DNA from: Magnetococcales bacterium
GTDB taxonomy: Bacteria > Pseudomonadota > Magnetococcia > Magnetococcales > DC0425bin3
Direction of reading: 5' to 3'
DNA length: 64,000 nt
Assembly: GCA_015228935.1 (NCBI GenBank)
Contig: JADGCO010000001.1
Span: 148,103-212,102, forward strand
Shown in pieces: positions 58,034 through 64,000 of the stretch. Position 1 is the stretch's first letter; each line of letters opens with the position of its first letter. The translations under genes and the position numbers were made by a program. Under the pieces are notes generated by a model. That model saw nothing but the letters and a program-made list of their open reading frames with translations, ran no database searches and was not told where the DNA came from.

Positions 58034-59296
58034 ATGGCTATGATCGAAGGACTTCGCATTCGTAACTATCGTGCCCTCAAAGACATCACGATGGGCAGAA
58101 TTGGCACCGATCCTGACTACAAGGATGTTGATGAACTGACACCTCTGGTAGTGGTTATTGGCAGGAATGGTGCTGGCAAGAGTACCCTTTTCGATGCTTT
58201 TGGCTTTCTGGCTGACTGCATGGAGATGGATGTGGAAACTGCCTGCAACGTAGGCTGGCGTGGCGGACTGGACAAACTTCTTTCAGTTGACGTGCAGGAT
58301 GATCCAAACGCCACCCTGGATTTCGTCGTCTATTACCGGGAAGCACAAAACGAAAGACCCATTACCTACGAGATTTCCATTGGCCGCAATCCAAAAACCG
58401 GCGAGGCCTGCGTGGCATCGGAAAAGTTGCGGCAACGCCGCCTTGGAGAGAGGTATGGTCGCCCCTATCCCTTCCTTGATCTGACCTTCGGCCGGGGATA
58501 CGCATGGGCAGGCCAGAAAAGCGTGGAAGGAGACGAGGCAGGGGACAAAATGGCTGTCACCCTCAATCCCGGTCGGCTGGCCATCACGACCCTGGCAGAA
58601 CATATCAAAGATCATCCCCGCGTCACCCGATTCCGCAATTTTATCAAGGGTTGGTACTTGAGCTACTTTACTCCTGACGCTGCCCGTCAGACGCCCAAGT
58701 TCAAACCCGAGACGCACCTTGATCTGCGCGGAGAAAATCTCGGCAATGTGGTCCACCATATGTATACCAGGGACAAAAAGCGCTTCGAAAAAGTACTGGA
58801 TCGTATCGGGCGGAAAATTCCGGGCATTGGACGTATTACGCCCTATGTGGATTCGGTGACCAAAAACGTTTATCTGCAATTTTTTGACAAGGGGTTCACC
58901 ACGTCCTTTTTTGCTCCCCAAATGTCTGATGGTACCCTGAAACTCTTCGCATACATGCTGCTCCTGGAAGATCCTGAACCGCCTCCCTTCATCTGTATCG
59001 AAGAGCCGGAAAACGGCCTGCATCACAAACTGCTGGAAGATCTGGCTCGCGAGTTCCGTGCCCACGCGGAAAGGATGCCAAAGCCGCCACAGCTTTTCAT
59101 CACCACTCACCAGCCCTACTTCGTCGATGCACTGACACCTGCAGAGACGTGGATCCTGGAAAAACAGGACAATGGTTTCGCTACTCTTTCTCATGCCAGC
59201 GACAACCCAGTCATCGTGAACATGGTCAATGAGGGTATTCCCCTGGGAAACCTGTGGTACAGCGACTACATGGACGATTGGACGGACGTGAGATGA
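58034..59296 (+). CDS. ABC/SMC-like (AAA_15/21, COG4637-type) ATPase
   Basis: Track ORF trimmed to ATG 58034. Motifs: Walker A VIGRNGAGKSTLFDAFGFL, signature-like MSDGTLKLFAYMLLL, Walker B FICIEEPENGLH and H-loop ITTHQP. Confidence 0.85.
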   Translation: MAMIEGLRIRNYRALKDITMGRIGTDPDYKDVDELTPLVVVIGRNGAGKSTLFDAFGFLADCMEMDVETACNVGWRGGLDKLLSVDVQDDPNATLDFVVYYREAQNERPITYEISIGRNPKTGEACVASEKLRQRRLGERYGRPYPFLDLTFGRGYAWAGQKSVEGDEAGDKMAVTLNPGRLAITTLAEHIKDHPRVTRFRNFIKGWYLSYFTPDAARQTPKFKPETHLDLRGENLGNVVHHMYTRDKKRFEKVLDRIGRKIPGIGRITPYVDSVTKNVYLQFFDKGFTTSFFAPQMSDGTLKLFAYMLLLEDPEPPPFICIEEPENGLHHKLLEDLAREFRAHAERMPKPPQLFITTHQPYFVDALTPAETWILEKQDNGFATLSHASDNPVIVNMVNEGIPLGNLWYSDYMDDWTDVR

Positions 59297-59961
59297 AATT
59301 TCATATCCTTGTCGAGGGAATCTCCGACAAAACTGCCCTATGGTATCTGCTGCCTGGAATTCTTGGTCCTCGGGAACATCCACACATGTGGTATATCCAC
59401 AAACATAAAGGCATCGGCTCACTTTCCACGGCTCCCCATACCGTGGTCAAATCTGCGGAAACTTTGCTGGGCCAACTGCCCACCAAACTGAAGGCCTACG
59501 GACAAGCTTTAAAAGAAGATGAAATCGTTGTGGTTCTGCTTGACCTGGATGATAAAGATCAGGCCTTGTTTTGTACTCAGATGGCATGCCTTGTGGCTGG
59601 AATTAATCCCATGCCCAACCTTCTCGTCTGTTTTGCCATTGAAGAGCTGGAAGCCTGGTATCTGGGAGACATGACGGCTCTGTTTACAGCTTTTCCAGAG
59701 GCCAGAAAACAAAGTGTTTTGGTAGGTGGTTACGTCCAGGACAGTATATGCGGTACATGGGAATTGTTGGTGCGTGTCACCCTTGGCAAGGATCCAGCGT
59801 CACTGTCCAAGAGAGGTCGATGTGAATCGGGAGAGTTCAAGACCCAACTTGCCAACAAGATTTCGCCACACATGGATGTTGATAAAAACCTTTCTCCAAG
59901 TTTCCAAACTTTCAGAGATTTGTTGCGGAATACAGCAAACCTTCCACTCAAAGTTTTCTGA
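59293..59961 (+). CDS. DUF4276-like (Toprim-like) protein
   Basis: Track ORF trimmed to ATG 59293, which overlaps the ATPase stop (ATGA). MKFHILVEGISDKTAL carries an early invariant-looking Glu. VVVLLDLDD is a mid-protein acidic cluster. Length is 222 aa. Confidence 0.65.
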   Translation: MKFHILVEGISDKTALWYLLPGILGPREHPHMWYIHKHKGIGSLSTAPHTVVKSAETLLGQLPTKLKAYGQALKEDEIVVVLLDLDDKDQALFCTQMACLVAGINPMPNLLVCFAIEELEAWYLGDMTALFTAFPEARKQSVLVGGYVQDSICGTWELLVRVTLGKDPASLSKRGRCESGEFKTQLANKISPHMDVDKNLSPSFQTFRDLLRNTANLPLKVF

Positions 59962-60126
59962 ATTTTGCAGGTAAGGGTTTTGCGGGATGCGCATCCCGGT
60001 CACTGTCTCTTCCATGCGTGTGGATCCCTTGGCGTGAGGATCCCTTGATGGCAATACCTTCTGGAAAAACTTGTCCCAGGATTGTCAATTCAGAGCCAGG
60101 TTCCAGTCGTCAAAATCCAAAATTGC

Positions 60127-60495
60127 TCAAATATCACTACCTGAAAGAGCCAAGTGAAAAAATGCATGGAAATTGATCTGGATCAAGTTTCCCTTATATT
60201 TTGTGTGGACAACGGGCCGCACCATCGGGCAGGATCCTGAACCTGTTGCCCTGCTCGCTGTGAGGCCGAAGTCGAAAGTGCTGCACACAGGGAGTCTTGC
60301 GTATCTGTTGGTTGGTCGTCCATTGCCGTTTGCGTTCAGATCTGTTGTGGTGAATTTTGTCAAGATTCCGTTATAGTGATTTTTTTCAGTGGTCTTAACG
60401 TGATCCGGGTCCGGTTTTCCTGATTCTGGCGTAAAAAGGGATCCGGTGCATGTTGGGTGGTTGGTGATGTTCAAAAGGTCAAGCATGTGAAACAT
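60127..60495 (-). CDS. Questionable hypothetical protein (122 aa)
   Basis: A long open frame in a relatively AT-rich spacer. The sequence is T/N/G-rich with no recognisable motif or obvious RBS. Confidence 0.25.
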   Translation of the reverse strand: MFHMLDLLNITNHPTCTGSLFTPESGKPDPDHVKTTEKNHYNGILTKFTTTDLNANGNGRPTNRYARLPVCSTFDFGLTASRATGSGSCPMVRPVVHTKYKGNLIQINFHAFFHLALSGSDI

Positions 60496-60559
60496 GGATG
60501 CGGGCCGTCGTCACACACGGTCCGCGAAAAGAGGACACAGGCTTCGGGAGGCAGACGAA

Positions 60560-63500
60560 ATGAGTTCAGAAACGAACCAGTTGTCACGGCGGCGTTTCCT
60601 TCAGGCGGTGGGTGTCGCCGGATTGGGGACTCTGGCTGTGCCAGGAGAGGTGATGGCGGGATTCCGCTACCTCTCCCCGGTCCAGGTGGAGAACCCCCTG
60701 GCCGCGTACCCCAATCGCGATTGGGAACGGATTTATCGGGATATTTTTCGGCATGACAAGACATTCGTCTTCATGTGCTGCCCGAACGATACCCATAACT
60801 GCCTTCTCAATGCCTTCGTCAAGAACGATGTCATTGTGCGTATCGAGCCGACCTATGGGTACGGCAAGGCGCAGGACCTCTACGGCAACCAGGCAACCCA
60901 TCGTTGGGATCCCCGCTGCTGCCAGAAGGGTCTGGTTCTTGCCCGCCGTTTCTACGGTGATCGGCGTGTCAATGGGTCGTTTCTGCGCAAAGGGTTCAAG
61001 GAGTGGGTGGACCAGGGATTCCCGCGTGATCCGGCCACGGGTGCGGCTCCCCCGTCCCTGATGCGCCGGGGCTGGGACTCCTGGGTGAAAGTGACCGCCC
61101 AGGAAGCTGCCCAGTATCACGCCAAATCCCTTTATAACATCTCCAAGACCTATACCGGTGATCAGGGCAAAAAATATTTGCTGGCCCAGGGGTATGATCC
61201 CGACATGGTGGAAGCGGTCGGCGGGGCCGGAACCCGGGTGACCAAATTCCGGGGTGGCATGGCCATGCAGGGTGCTTTGCGCATCTTCGGTGCCTTCCGC
61301 ATGGGCAACTCCATGGCCCTGCTGGATGCTCACCTGCGCAAGGTTCCCGAGGAAGAGGCCAAAGGCTCCGGTTCCTGGGACTCCTATTCGTTCCATACCG
61401 ACCTTCCCCCCGGCCATCCCATGGTGACGGGTGATCAAACCAATGACTTCGAATTGTTCGATTCGGAAAATGCCGGCCTCATCATTGCCTGGGGCATGAA
61501 CTGGATTTCAACCAAGATGCCGGATGGTCACTGGCTCTCCGAAGCCCGTCTCAAGGGAGCCAAGACCGTCGCCGTGACCGTGGAATACTCCTCCACGGCC
61601 AACAAGTGCGATGATGTCCTCGTGATTCGCCCCGGCACCGATCCGGCCTTTGCCCTCGGTCTGGCCCAGGTGATCATCGCCGAGAATCTCTACGATGCCG
61701 ACTTCGTCAAGCGGTATACCGATCTGCCCACCCTGGTGCGGATGGATACCCTGGATCGTCTGCAAGCCAAGGATGTATTCGCCGGCCACAAAAACAGCGC
61801 CTTGCAAAACTGGACCCAGGTGATTCCAAAAGGTGAAAAACCCGGTCCCACCCCGGCCCAGAGGGGTGTGCAGATTCCGGAAGCCCTGGCAGGCGAGTTT
61901 GGCGACTTTGTCATGTGGGACGCCAAAAAGAATGCCGCCGTGGCCGTCACCCACGACCAGGTGGGGTCGCACTTTGAAAAGCTGGGTATCGATCCGGCCC
62001 TGCAAGGCAGTTTCGATGTGACCCTGGCGGACGGCAGAAAAGTGGTCTGTCGTACCGTGTTCGATCTGACCAAACAGTATCTGGACCACAACATGAAACC
62101 GGCCATGGTGCGCCAAATCACCTGGGCACCGGAAAATGGCATCCAGACCCTGGCCCGCGATATTGCCAAAAATCGCGGCAAGACCCTGTTTGCCACCGGC
62201 ATGGGCCCCAACCAGTTCTGGAACAACGACAACAAGGACCGGGCCATCCTGCTTGTGGCCGCCTTGACCGCCAACCTGGGTCGCCATGGCGGCAATGTGG
62301 GCAGCTACGCCGGTGTCTACAAAAACACCCTCTTCTCCGGCGTGCCCCGCTGGACCCTGGAAAATCCGTTCCATCCCCAACTCGATCCCGATGGCGCGGT
62401 CAAACCGCAGCTCTATCTGCGTCCCGAGTCCATGCACTACTGGGCCAATGGTGAACGGCTGATGAAGGCCGGCAACAAAAAAATCACCGTCGGTGCCCAT
62501 GTCCCCACCCCGACCAAAGCCATCTGGCAGGTCAACTCCAACTCCAGCCTCGGCAATCAAAAGGGTATGTACGATGTGGTCTTCAATACCCTGCCCAAGG
62601 CGGAGATCGTGGTCTACAACGAATGGTGGTGGACCGCCTCCTGTGAGTTTTCCGACATCGTTTATGGTGTGGACTCCTGGATGGAATTGAAATATCCCGA
62701 CTTCACGGGATCCAATACCAATCCGTTCTTCCAGGCCTATCCCCGCACCCCGGTCAAACGCTCCTATGCCACGGTTTCCGATAACGAAACCTATCTGTAC
62801 GTGGCCCAGGAAATGGCCAAACTGACCGGTGACGAACGCTTTGCGCAAATGTGGAAATTCATCGCCGACGGTCGGCCCGAAGTCTATCTGCAACGGATGA
62901 TCGACGGTTCGACATCGCTCAAAGGATACCGTTTCACGGAACTGGAAACCCTGGCCAAACAAGGAATTCCAGCCCTATTGAACACCCGGACCTATCCGCG
63001 CATCAACAGCTATGAACAGGTGCAGGAGTCCCGCCCCTGGCATACCAAGACCGGTCGCCTGGAGTACTACCGTCCCGAGCTGGAGTTCATCGAGGCGGGC
63101 GAAAATCTGATCGTGCATCGGGAACCTTCCGATGCCACTTTCCATGATCCCTGTGCCATTGTCGCGGCGGCCCATCCGGCCATCACGCCCAAGCGGCCCC
63201 CGGACTGGAACATTCCGGAAGGGGATCGGACCCATACCAGCCGGCAGATGCGCAACACGACCTACACGGTGGAGCAGCTTCTTGCCACCAAACATCCGTT
63301 GAAGGATAAAGGGTGGGATCACGTTTTCCACACCCCGAAATACCGGCACGGTGCCCACACCACCCCGATTGACACCGACTTCATGTCGGCTCTTTTCGGA
63401 CCCTTTGGCGATATGTACCGGCGCGACAAGCGCATGCCGAGCGTCGGTGAAATGTACGTAGACATCAATCCAATCGATGCCAAGGCCATGGGCATCGAAG

Positions 63501-64000
63501 ACGGGGATTATGTCCATGTGGACGGCGATCCGAATGACCTCCCCTTCCGGGGCTGGAACGATCCCAAACGCAAGGAAGAGTACAAGGTGGCACGCCTGCT
63601 GTGCCGCGCCCGCTACTATCCTGGCACTCCGACCGGGATTACCCGCATGTGGTTCAACGGCTACATGGCCACACCCGGTTCGGTGAAAGCCCATGAAACC
63701 CGTCTGGATGGCATCGCCAAAAATTCCGAGACCAACTATCAATCCCTGTTCCGTTACGGTGGTCACCAGAGCCTGACCCGTTCCTGGCTCAAACCCACCC
63801 ACCAGACCGCAACCCTGATCACCCGGAAATCCTGGACCAACGAGGTGACCAAGGGGTTCAATGTCGATGTCCACTGCGTGACCAACGCTCCCCGTGAATC
63901 CATCGCCAAATTCACCAAAGCGGAAAATGGCGGTATCGGAGGCGTCGGCAAGTGGCGTCCGGTGGAACTGGGACTGCGTCCCGGAAATGAGAGCGCGTCC
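60560..64000 (+). CDS. Tat-exported molybdopterin oxidoreductase catalytic subunit, type II DMSO-reductase family (NxrA/NarG/EbdA/SerA-like); 3' end cut by the window
   Basis: Absent from the track because there is no stop in the window. ATG 60560 has GGGAGG 9-14 nt upstream. MSSETNQLSRRRFLQAVGVAGLGTLAVPG is a twin-arginine signal. CCPNDTHNC is the N-terminal Fe-S region. The frame stays open for 1147 codons to 64000. All three large antisense track ORFs here are shadows. Confidence 0.85.
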   Translation, partial: MSSETNQLSRRRFLQAVGVAGLGTLAVPGEVMAGFRYLSPVQVENPLAAYPNRDWERIYRDIFRHDKTFVFMCCPNDTHNCLLNAFVKNDVIVRIEPTYGYGKAQDLYGNQATHRWDPRCCQKGLVLARRFYGDRRVNGSFLRKGFKEWVDQGFPRDPATGAAPPSLMRRGWDSWVKVTAQEAAQYHAKSLYNISKTYTGDQGKKYLLAQGYDPDMVEAVGGAGTRVTKFRGGMAMQGALRIFGAFRMGNSMALLDAHLRKVPEEEAKGSGSWDSYSFHTDLPPGHPMVTGDQTNDFELFDSENAGLIIAWGMNWISTKMPDGHWLSEARLKGAKTVAVTVEYSSTANKCDDVLVIRPGTDPAFALGLAQVIIAENLYDADFVKRYTDLPTLVRMDTLDRLQAKDVFAGHKNSALQNWTQVIPKGEKPGPTPAQRGVQIPEALAGEFGDFVMWDAKKNAAVAVTHDQVGSHFEKLGIDPALQGSFDVTLADGRKVVCRTVFDLTKQYLDHNMKPAMVRQITWAPENGIQTLARDIAKNRGKTLFATGMGPNQFWNNDNKDRAILLVAALTANLGRHGGNVGSYAGVYKNTLFSGVPRWTLENPFHPQLDPDGAVKPQLYLRPESMHYWANGERLMKAGNKKITVGAHVPTPTKAIWQVNSNSSLGNQKGMYDVVFNTLPKAEIVVYNEWWWTASCEFSDIVYGVDSWMELKYPDFTGSNTNPFFQAYPRTPVKRSYATVSDNETYLYVAQEMAKLTGDERFAQMWKFIADGRPEVYLQRMIDGSTSLKGYRFTELETLAKQGIPALLNTRTYPRINSYEQVQESRPWHTKTGRLEYYRPELEFIEAGENLIVHREPSDATFHDPCAIVAAAHPAITPKRPPDWNIPEGDRTHTSRQMRNTTYTVEQLLATKHPLKDKGWDHVFHTPKYRHGAHTTPIDTDFMSALFGPFGDMYRRDKRMPSVGEMYVDINPIDAKAMGIEDGDYVHVDGDPNDLPFRGWNDPKRKEEYKVARLLCRARYYPGTPTGITRMWFNGYMATPGSVKAHETRLDGIAKNSETNYQSLFRYGGHQSLTRSWLKPTHQTATLITRKSWTNEVTKGFNVDVHCVTNAPRESIAKFTKAENGGIGGVGKWRPVELGLRPGNESAS

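Noticed and set aside
58283-59422. 379-aa minus-strand ORF
   Set aside because: It is antisense to the ABC-type ATPase, whose full Walker A, signature, Walker B and H-loop set lies on the plus strand.
59983-59998. Perfect 16-nt palindrome CGGGATGCGCATCCCG, 22 nt after the DUF4276-like gene
   Set aside because: It could be a terminator stem or a protein-binding site. It has no following T-tract and essentially no loop, so it is too little to call.
60584-63874. Three minus-strand ORFs (284, 484 and 299 aa)
   Set aside because: All are antisense to one uninterrupted plus-strand frame encoding a Tat-signal molybdoenzyme. Their Gly/His/Asp-rich products have no motifs.

Overview
This is a 64-kb bacterial chromosomal window that looks proteobacterial. 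All calls come from by-eye translation and motif recognition; no BLAST, HMM or folding was run.

Positions 1-16.7 kb (all minus strand) hold the conserved block tRNA-Tyr/Gly/Thr, tuf, rpmG, tRNA-Trp, secE, nusG, rplKAJL, rpoBC, rpsLG, fusA. Three real genes are missing from the ORF track. fusA and the Mo-enzyme gene at 60560 run off the window edges, and rpmG is only 51 codons.

The remainder is a mosaic of housekeeping genes and visibly AT-richer accessory patches:
1. 16.7-19 kb: an XRE-cupin regulator with a tandemly triplicated 5' end, then ahpC and sodB.
2. 19.2-25.1 kb: a three-gene operon ending in a 1481-aa ParA-like / metallophosphoesterase / NACHT / FGE-sulfatase protein. This is my top candidate for an undescribed STAND-type conflict system.
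3. 25.6-29 kb: two c-di-GMP enzymes.
4. 29-36 kb: assorted metabolism genes, a divergent long RelA/SpoT homologue and a TauE-family exporter.
5. 36.4-42.3 kb: a periplasmic operon (Cache-like protein, two EB_dh-like haem domains, one cupredoxin) divergent from a CxxCH-containing diguanylate cyclase.
6. 42.3-46.2 kb: mobile-element relics (Rpn and ISAzo13 fragments), a PD-(D/E)XK protein and a Fic protein.
7. 46.2-52.3 kb: a TolC / HlyD / HlyD / M50-protease::HlyD operon with no ABC pump.
8. 52.5-57.7 kb: a cluster resembling the Campylobacter phosphoramidate (MeOPN) pathway, interrupted by hicAB.
9. 58.0-60.0 kb: an ABC-type ATPase plus a DUF4276/Toprim-like pair, PARIS/OLD-like in architecture.
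10. 60.6 kb to the end: a Tat-exported type II DMSO-reductase-family (NxrA/NarG/EbdA-like) catalytic subunit, truncated by the window.

No rRNA genes or CRISPR arrays were seen.
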